Source: Felis catus (lineage: Eukaryota). Taken from it: DNA of 64,000 bases. The stretch covers positions 59,150,001 to 59,214,000 of the forward strand of contig NC_058368.1 of assembly GCF_018350175.1 (NCBI RefSeq), written 5' to 3'. Under the pieces are notes generated by a model. The model was not told where the DNA came from. It saw only the letters and a program-made list of their open reading frames with translations, and did not search any database. The stretch's first letter is position 1. Every line of letters begins with the position of its first letter. A program made the translations under genes and the position numbers. Shown in pieces: positions 52,380 to 63,975 of this stretch.

Positions 52380-53003
52380 CCTTCGGTGATCCACTTCAGG
52401 AGGGGCCCTGTGGCAGCGGGAGGGAGTCAGATCCGCTGCCGGAGGTTTGGCTCCGCAGATGCACAGAGTTGGGTGTTTGCGCGGAATGAGCAAGTTCCCT
52501 GGCAGGAACTGGTTCCCTTTGGGATTTTAGCTGGGGGATGGGCAGGGGAGATGGCGCTGGTGAGCGCCTTTGTTCCCCACCAAACTGAGCTCTGTCGTTC
52601 GGGGGCTCAGCAGCTCTCCCTCCCTTTGTCCTCCAGCCTTCCCGCTTTCCGAGCAGAGCTGTTAACTTATGACCTCCCAGACGCTAAGTCGCGCTTGCTG
52701 TGGGAACACAGTCCGTCCGGCCCCTCTGCTTTTGCCAGCCAGACTCGGGGGCTCTGCTTGGCCGGCGAGCCGCCCCTTCCACCCCGGCTCCCTCCTACCA
52801 GTCCGTGGAGCGCGCACCGCCTCGCCGCCCTTCCTACCCTCTTCCGTGGGCCTCTCGTCTGCGCTTGGCTCCGGAGACTCCGTTCTGCTAATCCTCTGGC
52901 GGTGTTCTGGGTTATTTAGGCAGGTGTAGGTGGAATCTAAGTGATCAGCAGGAAGCGCGGTGAGCCCAGCGTCCTCTTATGCCGCCATCTTCCCTCTCTC
53001 TCC
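52380..53003 (-). promoter_or_regulatory. L1 internal promoter: CpG-rich 5'UTR with YY1 motif
   Basis: The main GC/CpG-rich segment of the window. GCCGCCATCTT (YY1 core CCATCTT) at 52981-52991. Confidence 0.75.
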
Positions 53004-54229
53004 TAAGTCACACTGTTATGGGCGTTGTGAGTGTTGGTCACAGTGAGGTGAAGTGACATAGTTTTCCTGCATTAGATTTAAGTCCTACATAAAAGGTCAG
53101 TCATATGTTTCTAAATAGAAGAGCCTAGAACTGGAGAGGGAGAGTAAGGTTGGGGCAGGGTCAAGAGAAACAATGTTAAACTCATTCTGTATTCCCTGAG
53201 TATCTCTTGGTGGGACTAGGCTTGTTAATAATCTGTTGACCACATGACCTAAGTATTGCTTCAAATCCCTAGGCATTAATTGTGGGCATGTACCCAACTT
53301 CTTAGATTTGCTGTAACTCTAGAACAATAGGAATTCAGCAGTTAGCATGGAGTTAAGGTTATATCTGTTACTATATCATCATGACCAATCCGGATCATAT
53401 TTATTTGTCCTTGAAAAACTACATTAATGATTAATGTCATGCCATTTAATTATTCATCTTCTATGTTATTTTGTAAATGTGCTAAACTCAATTTTGCTTG
53501 TTCCCAAATTCATTCACCACCTTGAAGAAGATATTTGTCTGTCTTTGTTTGTGTTAACACAATTAAGTTATTTTTAATAAGTTCAGAGTTTTAAAAGTAT
53601 AAAACAATAAATAAGGTATCAAGCACAGAAATCAATAAATAAGGTCAAACCAAGGTCACCAGTGATATCATTCTACAAATAACATTCAAGAAACTCATAT
53701 AAATATAAATAAAGAGAGGCAAAGAAAGAGAGGGGAAAATGGTGAAGGGAAGGTTTCTAAAGAATGAAATAATGACACATGTGTATTTAAAGGTTTATAT
53801 ATTGAATATATTTGTATTTAGGAAGAGATAAACAGAAAGATTTCCAAAATTTATGCAAATGTTCCTTCATTTTATAGTATCAGTTACTTAAGATAATTTC
53901 TACTGAGGTTATAAAAATCACTGGAAGCACTGATGTTTTAGAGTTTTAACATCTTTATTTTAATCTGTGTCTCTATATTAGACATTGACAAATGGTTCTG
54001 AATTATATTTTAGAGAGCAGTAGTTGATTCCAAGGTCTTTGTATTATTTTTTTTTCTTTCATATGGATGTGAACAAGTATATACAAATTTTGTTTTAGCA
54101 AAGTCCCTAGTTTTTGATAACTTTTTGTTTGAAATAGATTCAGTGTTCACTGACAATTTTGTTATGACAGTGTAGTAATTGTATCCTCCAGATATTAATT
54201 TACAGAGGTGCCTAAATGATGACATGGAG

Positions 54230-54670
54230 AGGATGGTGCCTTTGAAAGGAGATTTATCTTAGTTACATTTCCCAAAATGAGGGAGCACATTATGCCATGT
54301 GGGGACACAGGGGGAACCGTGAAGTTTGGGCAAGAAGTAGAAAGGAGGAGTGAAGGGAAGCTGAAGTCAGAGTTTTTACTTGAGTTTCTGCAGGAATGGC
54401 AAGGGAGGGTATGAGAAAAAGGTCAGGATTATGTAGTTTGAATAATATATGTGAGCTCTGTGCCATAGATGTGGTCTCTAGTTGTGTAGTAGATGATCCC
54501 GGGTGATTTAGGGCAGGAGAAACCTTGGTTTGAAATGTGAAAGTTAGGTAAGAGGGTGGGTCAGATTATGGGCTCTGATTGTTAGGTAAGATGCTCATCC
54601 CTATGGCTGTTGGTTTGGCCCTGTTATTAGTGAATACCAAATAGAAAAATGCAGAATTTAAGAAAGCAGA
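54230..54670. mobile_element. Old LTR fragment (MER76-like, tentative)
   Basis: AGGATTATGTAGTTTGAATAAT..GCTCTG..CTAGTTGT..GGGTGATTTAGGGCAGG pattern. Confidence 0.4.
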
Positions 54671-55562
54671 ACAAATTGTTCTGAGTAACAGAGTGTTTTA
54701 TTTCAATTTACTTTGTCTTTATAATACTTTTGATTCATATTTTCAATAAGGATTCAGTTATGAAGTCATTCATGAATATTTCCTGTATAACTGACAATGA
54801 ATAATTAGTTTATGCATTTGGTCTTTAAAAGTTGGATGAAAGTCTGAGGTGGACAAATAGTTAAATTATAATGGGTTAGATACAGGCATTTATCTTTTCC
54901 GTCAGAGAAAGCTACTGCAATACCAGTTGGAGTAAAAGGTCAAGAACATGCAAAGACAAGTAGGTGAGTAGAAGGTAGCAGAAGAGGTGTCATGAGAATC
55001 TTAGAAGCTACAAAGTAAATATGCAAAGTTATCTGACATCAGACAAAATACAATCTAAGCTGACAAGATTTGGGAAGGAAGCCACTGGAAGTAAGGCAGT
55101 TTGCCCAAGCAGTTTGCCCATGCTTTTTCCTTCCCTCCAGTGCTCAGAAATAGAAGGTGCCAAGTCCTTAATTTATAAAGATTGAATTCAAATTTGGAAT
55201 GAACTGAAACATGTTGATTTTGTTTTTAATACAAATTACTTAAGTTCTTTTTTGTTTGTGTGCTTTTGTATTTTTGGGTTTGTTTTTATTTTAATTTCAG
55301 TGTAGTTAACATACAGTACTGTACTAATTTCAGGTGTACACTACAGTGATTCAACAGTTCCATAGAGTACTCAGTGCTCATCAAGACAGATACACCCCTA
55401 ATTCCCTCCATTTAGTTCACACATTGCCCGCACTCATCTCCTCTCTGGTAAACATCTCTTTGTTCTCTACAAAGTGCCTGTTTTTTAAGTGCCTGTTTTT
55501 TGGTTTCTCTCTCTCTCTCATTCGTTCTCTCTTTTTTAATCATTATTATTTGTTTCATTTCT

Positions 55563-55782
55563 TTTTTAAATTGTTTTTTAACATTTGTTTATTCTTGAGA
55601 CAGAGAGAGATAGAGCATGAGCCAAGGAGGGACAGAGAGAGAGGGATACACAGAATCCAAAGCAGGCTCCAGGCTCTGAGCTCTCAGCACACAGCCCAAC
55701 AAGGTGCTCGGATTCACAGACTGTGAGATCATGACCTGAGCTGAAGCCAGGTGCTCAACCGACTGAGCCACACTGGTGCCCC
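55563..55782 (-). mobile_element. CAN-SINE inside an L1 3'UTR
   Basis: TSD TTGTTTCATTTCT at about 55550 and about 55786. Confidence 0.9.
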
Positions 55783-55937
55783 AAATTGTTTCATTTCTCA
55801 AATTCCACATATGATTAGAATCATATGGTATTTGTCTTTCTTTGACAGGCTTATTTCACTTAGCATTATACTTTCTAGATCAATCCATGTTTTTGCAGAT
55901 GGCAAGATTTCATTCTTTTTTATGGCTGAATATTTCC

Positions 55938-55953
55938 GTGTGTGTGTGTGTGT

Positions 55954-55998
<45 letters not shown>
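55938..55998. repeat. (TG)n microsatellite
   Basis: Direct reading. Confidence 0.95.
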
Positions 55999-56000
<2 letters not shown>

Positions 56001-57011
56001 CCACCTCTTCTTTTTCCATTCATCTATTGATTGACACTTGGGCTTCTTCCATAGTTTGGCTATTGCATATAATGCTCCATTAAACATAGGGGTGCATGTA
56101 TCTTTTTGAATTAATGTTTTTTTGTGTTCTTTGGGTAAATACCCAGAAGTATTTTACTAGTTGTGATTACTGGATTATAAGGTAGTGCTATTTTTAAGTT
56201 TTTGAGGATCCTCCATACTGTTTTCCATAGTGGCTATACCAGTTTGCATTTCCAACAACAGTGCAAGAATGTTCCTTGTTTTCTCCACATCCTTACCAAC
56301 ATTTGTTGTTTATTGGGTTTTTGATTTTAGCCATTCTGACAGGTGTGAGGTGATATCTTACTGTAGTTTTGATTTGCATTTCCTTGAAGATCAGTGATGT
56401 TGAGCACATTTTCATGTGTCTTTTGGCCATCTTTATGTTTTCTTTAGAGAATTGTCTGTTCATGTTTTCTGCCTGTTACTTAATTGGAGTATTTTTGGGG
56501 GGGGGAGTGTTGAGTTGTTTAAGCTATTTATACATTATTGGATATGTCATTTGCAAAAATCTTCTGCTATTCAGTAGATTGTCCTTTAGTTTTGTTGGTT
56601 GTTTCCTTTACTGTGCAGAAGCTTTTCATCACAATTTCAGGATTCAAGTTATATTACAAAACTGTAGTGATAGAAACAGTATGGTACTGGTTCAAAAATA
56701 GACACATTGATCAATGTAACAGAATAGAAAACTCAAAAATAAACCCATAACTATATGCTCAGTTAATCTTCTTCAAGGAGGCAAGGATATGCAATTGAAA
56801 AAATACCTTCTCTACAACAAATGGTGTTGGAAAAACTGGACAGCTACATACAAAAGAATGAAACTGGACCACTTTCTTACACTATACACAAAAATAAATT
56901 CAAAATGGATTAAAGAACTAAATGTGAGACCTGACACCATAAAAATCCTAGGGGAGAACACAGGCAGTAATTTTTCTGATATTGGGTGTACCATCATCCT
57001 GTTAAATGTTT

Positions 57012-57224
57012 TTTTTTAATGTTTTATTTTACTTTTGAGGCAGAAAATGACAGAGCATGAGCAGGGGAGAGGCAGAGAGAGAGAGGAAGACACAGAATCT
57101 GAAGCAGGCTCCAGGCTCTGAGCTGTCAGCACAGAGCTGGACGCCAGGCTCAAACTCACAAACCACGAGATCATGACCTGAGCCGAAGTCAGATGCTTAA
57201 CCGATTGAGCCACCCAGGCGCCCC
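57012..57224 (-). mobile_element. CAN-SINE at the edge of the inverted L1
   Basis: TSD CTGTTAAATGTTT at 56999-57011 and 57224-57236. Confidence 0.92.
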
Positions 57225-58539
57225 TGTTAAATGTTTAATGTGTTTTTTGGCTTAGTGAATATTTTAAAATTGCTTACTATTATTCTATTGACAGAGAAAA
57301 ATTACTTTTTATAAAATGATGTGCAAAATGAGACCACATGGACAATATAAGGCAGTGATATTGTTAGCAGTAATTTATCTACTCTGTAGCTTACAAATGA
57401 AGTTAGACCAGTCAAAGAGGCAGAACACTCTCAAAATAACACATTATTTTGAAAACATATATCTAGATATTTATCTTTATCTATTTAATAATGTTAGAAA
57501 AAATAGCTATATCATTTTTGTTTCAGTCATGAACTAAGGCAATTTCTTCTTCATTTGTTCCTGCAGTTATAAAGGCATAGTAATCTGTAGTTGTAACTAT
57601 TGCTATTTTGAAAAGCAGTGATTGCACATCGCACCTGTACATGACACAGGATAAGGCATTAACATATAAATTGAAGAACCTGAAAATCAACAATAAAAAT
57701 TAGAGGAAAATGCCCAGTGTGATTTTGAGGGGAATTTTGAGAATACTTTAACCAATCTCTTCCATTATATCATAGTCAAAATTTGTCATTTTTGTTCAGA
57801 TGTAGTCAATGTTTTGATAGTTATAGGTTATATGAGTGACATGCTCAAATATGCCAATGAGTTGCTGTCCAAAATAGTCTACTATCACTTTACAAAGGAA
57901 AAGAAAAAGAAAAAATCTTTTTTGAAAACTCCAAATATCTAACTTGCTTAACAAGAGATAACATGTTTTACACACAGAGAACAATAATTTTAATATCTCA
58001 AAATTTATTCATGGTCTTTAAAAATGTTATGATTTATGTGTTCTGAGCTATTTCCTATATACTTTCAATACTTATGATTGTTCTTGAGACTAAATTAAAT
58101 CATGAATATATGTTTATCTTTTTGCTCAGTTTTTCAAAATGTAAAATACATAAAATCACATTTACAGCTATGCATACTGATGTAATTAAGATATTGGTAA
58201 AATATTTCTGTGTTCTTACCTGTATTTATCTATAAGGCTTCTTGAAGGCAACATTAAGTATTTGCATCAATTGTATTTCCATACTATACTGAGTAAAAAT
58301 TTTCTCATTTAAAAAAATTTGGATTATTATCTTATGTTCAGCAATGCTTTAGCTTTGGAAAACATGTGTTGTGTTAATATTAATGAATTCAGAGAGGGAT
58401 TAACTACTTGTTTTTCAAATGTTGATGGGTACAGGCATATATTGGGCAGTTTTAATGAAATCATGACCAGAAATTTGTGCACCATAGAAATAATTTAAAT
58501 TTAAATAATAAATCTATCAAGTATAAACAAACAGGTTAG

Positions 58540-60650
58540 AAAAGAAGAATAGTAGTGTTTTTATGTATAAATAGGATTACATCTACATGGTAAATTCCAA
58601 AGAATCTACTGAAAAAAAGGAACTCTGATCATTATACCATTTATATTTGACTCTGAATGAATTTTAAAAATAAATGTAAAAGGCAAAACTATAAGGGCTT
58701 CCAATAAAATGTGGGAGAAAACCTTTGAGGCATTATGTTCAGAGTTCATTTATTATATAGAAAATAAATAGCACAGATAACAAAATAAAAAATGATAAAT
58801 TATACTTACTGACATTTAAGAATTCTGCTTTCTGAAGATACTCAAGATAATTTAAAGACTATCCAAAGACTTGGAGAAAACATTTTCAAAAGCCATATTT
58901 ATTAAAATAATGGTATCTAAAATATATAAGAATGTATAAAGATAAATATCTAATTAACAAATATGCAGACTATTTTAACAGATACTTTTATATGGAAACA
59001 CAAAGAATAAAATGGTACTCACATCATTAGTCATTAGGATAATTCAAATTAAAATCCTAATTAAATGCCATTGCATACTCTATACAAGGACTTTTATTAA
59101 AAAGTCTGACCATCAAGTACCTGTGACCATGAAGAGAAATTGGGATTCTCATATAATGCTAGGGGAACTGCAAAATAGTATGGTGACTTTGGAAAAATGC
59201 TTGGTAGTTTTCAAAACTACGAGTTTAACAAATGATTCATAAGTCCCATTCCTATATTATATATAAAAATATATTCACCCAATGTACTATACATAATACT
59301 CCTTCTGTTATTTCTGATATTATTGTTGTCTACCCTTTCTCTTTTTTTTTCTTAATTAGCCTACCTACTTATCAATTTGATGATCTTTTGAAAGAACTAG
59401 CTTTTGGTTTAGTTTGTTTTCTGTATTGATTTCATGTTTTCAGTGTTAGCAAATTCTTTTCTAAGCTGTATTATTTATTTACTTGTTTACTTCACACTTA
59501 ATTTATTATTCTTTTTTTGAATTTTTTTAATGTTCATTTTTGAGAGAGAGAGAGAGAGAGAGATCAAGAGAGAGAGAGCATGAGCAGGGGCGAGGCAGAG
59601 AGAGAGGGAGACAGAGAATCTGAAACAGGCTCCAGGCTTTAAGCTGTCAGCACAGAGCCCGATGTGGGGCTCAAACTCATGCCACCAGATGATGACCTGA
59701 ACTAAAGTTGGATGCTTAACTGACTGAGCCACCCACACACCCCTAATTTATTATTCTTTTTAAAGTGGAAGCACAGATTATTGATTTTAGATTTTTTTAA
59801 ACTAATGTGTATATCCAATGCTAAAAAAAATATGTTTGCACACTGGTTTTGCTTAATCTCGCGCATTTTACTAGGTTTAGGTTTTGTTCACACTTAGTTC
59901 AGAATGTTTTTTGAATTTTTCTTGAGATTTCTTCTTTTACCCATGTGTTGTCTAAGCTCCATTATTTGGGGATTTTCCACTTAATTCTCTATTATTACTT
60001 TCTAATTTAACTCTATTGTGGTCTGAAAACAGACATTGTGTAATTTATATTTTTTATATTTGTTAAGGTGTGTTGCAATTCCAGAATGTGGTCCATCTTG
60101 GTGAATGTTTTATGTGAGCATGAGAAGAATAAGTATTCTGCTGTTGTTCAATGAAGTAGTCTATGTATGCCAATTCTAATCAGTTGTTTGATGGTATTGT
60201 TAAGTACCATATCTTTAGTTAGTAACATGAGTTTTTTAAGCTTATTTTAAGCATAAAATACTACAAAATAACATAGAGTTTAAAATTGCTATACTTAACA
60301 CCCTACTTCTCAGCTAGTTAATATTTAATTTACCTTACTGGTCTTTATGCTTGGCTTTTACAATACTAGAAATTAATTTGCACAAAAGAAATCATCCTTT
60401 TTGGAAGCAATTATATTTGCTTTTTACTAATGACTTTAATTTTTTAGGGCAGTTTTAGGTGCACAGCAAAACTGGTAAGAAGAAACAGAGACTTCCCATA
60501 TACTCCTGCTTCACACATGCATGGCCTCCTCCATTGTAAATATCCCACAGAAAGGTAATTTGTTTTACAATTGATGATATACACTGATATATTATAATCA
60601 ACCAAAGTCCCTAGTTTACCTAAGCATTCACTCTTGGTGTCATAATTTAT
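58540..60650. mobile_element. Mosaic of ancient L1M fragments (+ about 58540-59290; - about 59300-60210; - about 60445-60650)
   Basis: ORF2-like translation 59012-59242 (TSLVIRIIQIK). CTATTGTGGTCTGAA..CCAGAATGTGGTCCATCTTGGTGAATGTT parallels 50440-50550. Confidence 0.65.
59517..59743 (-). mobile_element. CAN-SINE
   Basis: TSD TAATTTATTATTCTTTT at 59499 and 59744. Confidence 0.92.
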
Positions 60651-60725
60651 TATATTTTTAATATCAGTCTTTATGAATTTTATTCTAGAGGCATACATGA
60701 TGATACTCTAGATTACTAAAAAAAA

Positions 60726-60764
60726 TTCTTCTTCTCCCCCTCCCCCTCCCCTTCTTCTTCTTCT

Positions 60765-60799
<35 letters not shown>

Positions 60800-60880
60800 T
60801 TTCTTCTTCTTTTCTTCCTTCTTCTTTCTTCTTTCTTCTTTCTTCTTTCTTCTTTCTTCTTTCTTTTTCTTTCTTCTTCC
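60726..60880. repeat. Pure polypyrimidine tract: (CTT)n and (TTCTTCT)n
   Basis: About 155 nt containing only C and T. Confidence 0.96.
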
Positions 60881-63339
60881 AAAATAATAACGGCATTTCA
60901 CTCTCACCCACCCAAATGCATACTATTTGGAAAAAAATAATGAAAACCAAATGACAAATTCCACTAGTAAGTGAGCTCTCCACCTCTTTCCACATAGGTG
61001 AGAAAATGGAGAAAAAATAATTTTCTTTACTTCTACATAGCAAAGAGGTACCTGTCTCCTCATTACCTCTGCAAGAGAGGAGGAAAATCTTTGCCTTTTG
61101 GAGAAAGGATTAAAATAATATTGAATTCTTACACTAATCATTTAAGATGTAAATATTTCTCTCTAATGGCAGGGTAAACCTGAATATACCCTCAGCTTTT
61201 CTGACCTAGATATGCCTCCAAGCTCCCTGATCTGATTTTCTCTTGAAATATAAACACATACCTCCAGAATTGGGTAAATATTTCTGGGGTTCTCTCATTG
61301 TCCATTCTCTTGTAAAATAATTAGACTTGTATTTCTCTTATTTCATAACCCTAAATTTTTACCAAGTTTATTTAGAAACCCTCACATCTGCAGAAATGCA
61401 TGCAAAAATTTCTCAACACCCCACAGAAGCAGCTGTAACAATGTACAAAAATATTCTTTAACCATACTCTTTTTCCTAGACCTAACCATTTAATAAGTTC
61501 ACACATTTTTTTTTGAGAGAGAGAAACTGGCATCTTAATCCTTCATAGCAGTGAAACTAAATGGACAATAGTTATGCAGTGTAAGGTAAAATCTGGAAAA
61601 TTCGTGTAACAGTTCTTTTGTATTGCTGAACCATTTTTTCATGAGGCACATGCATCCAAACCAAAAACAAAAAAGTGAAGACCAAACATTCACACTACAT
61701 AATTTTTCTTTTATTCTTATTCTTCAAGTGTGTATACTAATATAACATAACTGTATCTGATTGAAACCATCACATACATATTTCTTTATAATTATTTTGT
61801 GAAGCATTCCTAAATATTTTACCCAAAACTTTTCTTATATTTTTAGAATACTTGTAACACTTATGTGTACAACATAGGGTAACACATTTTATTTTATTAG
61901 AATTAATAAATTAGATTTGAAAGATAAGGGTGCAAGAATGTTTTATTTATTTATATCTTTGGGCACTGATAATTCAACAATATTCGATAAAATATGTAAG
62001 AAATATATGGTTAAAATATCTTCTGGAATTTGAGGGATAATTATACTTATTTTTATTCATAGTTGGTAGAGTAGAACTAGATAATTTCCCAAGCTACTGA
62101 ACAATTCTTGTTTTCTCCTCTCTAATGTGAAACACGCCTGAAAACTGATTCACATTACCAGTAAAAAATCACTAGTAATCCATATCTCCTAAAGTTCGAT
62201 TGCTCTTTGGAGTTCCAGATATAGCTTTGGAATTTTTTTTTAATTTTTTTTAATGTTTATGGTATATATAAATAGACCAAAGCCTGTTTTCTACACTTTT
62301 AACAGAAATGTTCAAAGTTACAACAGCATTTCCAATTGAAATAATTAATGTAAGGACAAATGATCAGTGAAACATAAGCACAAAGTAATTGAATAGATGA
62401 AAATTGAATAAATATTTTATACCACATTATAAGATGAAGGTATTACCTACAGAGTTGTAAAACAATTTATTTATATATAAAATGCCAAGGAGACTTTTAA
62501 AATGTGTTAATGTTATAAAATATCATGTGCATAATTTAAGAGTATTTATGATGAATATCAATGTGTGAAAATATTGATAAAATGCCAAATTACCAAAATG
62601 AATTTTGCAAATAGAATATAACCTGTGCCTTTCAAACCAGTTGACTTACTCATTCCTAAAACATTCACCCTACCATATACTCGGAGGTAACTGTATCTTA
62701 AATTTTGTATAATTCATTTTTTTTCTTTATAATGCTACCATATGTGTATATACAGTGAGAAATAAATTGATTTAGTCTGCTTTTGAAATAAGTGATTTTA
62801 AGCTAAATTTACTTAGGGGATTTTTTAGCTTCATTTATGTAGTCTTCAGTTTATTGTTTCTGTTGCTATATTTAAGCGAATTTGTTAATATAGTACAAAG
62901 TATTTATTAATTCTAGCCAATCTACACTAGTGGAATTACTTCTGTCACTTTTAAAGTAGAGCAGGGGACAAATGTGTATTTTTCTATTGTTGAATAATAT
63001 TATCTCCTCCAAAGAGTGTTTATTTTTATTCTACTAGAAGCTAAAAAAGGTGAATAACACCTTTATAAATCTGCTACTGAAAATTTTCAAGATTACAACT
63101 GTCTTTGTAAGTACTTGATTCATACCTAGGACATAGACTTGGTTCGAAACTGAAACGTCAACCTGCTAAGCAAAGCTCTACCATGAAGGAAGATTCTAAG
63201 GTCCAATTTTTCACTTTGGTTTCACACATATATTGGCAAATACCTTCCACAGGAAAACGAACTTACCTCAATGTCTTCACATTGGCCTTGAGCTCTTGGC
63301 CCTTCCTGACTTGGTTTCTCTCTTTTGATTATACTATAT

Positions 63340-63552
63340 TTTTTGTATTTTTAATTTTATTCAGATTTTTTTTTGGAGAGAGAGCACAAGCAGGGGAGAG
63401 TCAGAGAGAAAGGGGGTCAGAGGATCTTAAGCAGGATCTGCATTGACAGGCTAACAGCACCAAGCCCCATGCCTGGCTTGAACCCACAAACCTTGGAATC
63501 ATGACCTGAGCCAAAGTCAGATGCTCAACCGACTAAGCCACCCAGGCACCCC
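63340..63552 (-). mobile_element. CAN-SINE
   Basis: T-rich tail. Head ends CACCCAGGCACCCC. Confidence 0.88.
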
Positions 63553-63829
63553 TCAAGTTTTTTTGTTAGTCTCAGGGGAATAATTGTTATAATATAAGCC
63601 ACTCCTTTACAGTGAGAAGCACAAGTTACAGTATCCAGTAACTGTGATTACAACACAGGCTGTTGATTCAGTAATGCAGTACAACAATGGAGCAAATAGG
63701 CTCTTTGAAAATGATGTGTGTATATATTTCAGTTTCCTTTAAATTATGTAATATATGCCAAACCAGGTGTGAAAGTTTAAGAAAAAGAAGGTCCATGATA
63801 TAGTGCACACTGGGCGGCAGACAATATGC

Positions 63830-63975
63830 TAAGTAATAATAAACATATTATCTATTCTTAGAATTCCAATTTTATAGTTAGGAAACTGAAGTACAGAGAT
63901 TGTCTCTTGTTTAATGCCATAAAAGTACTAAACAGCATATTAGGATGTTAACAAAGGGTTCTGGCTCTCAAGTAT
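63830..63975 (-). mobile_element. MIR relic
   Basis: CCAATTTTATAGTTAGGAAACTGAAGTACAGAGA. Confidence 0.5.

Larger units (their letters stand above)
47057..53003 (-). mobile_element. Young full-length LINE-1 (felid L1), 5'UTR-ORF1-ORF2-3'UTR-polyA
   Basis: TSD TAAGTCACACTG at 47045-47056 and 53004-53015. A/AAAC-rich tail at the left end. The minus-strand 5' end reads GGAGAGAGAGGGAAGATGGCGG (YY1-type start). ORF1 and ORF2 are recognisable. Confidence 0.98.
55246..56998 (-). mobile_element. 5'-truncated, 5'-inverted LINE-1 (twin priming)
   Basis: 55246-56630 is the L1 3' end on the minus strand. 56627-56998 is the adjacent upstream ORF2 segment on the plus strand ([21 protein letters not shown]...). 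CATC overlap at the junction. Confidence 0.9.

Noticed and set aside
60685..61043. Poly-K/E/R ORFs
   Set aside because: They are translations of the (GAA)n tract, with no gene structure.
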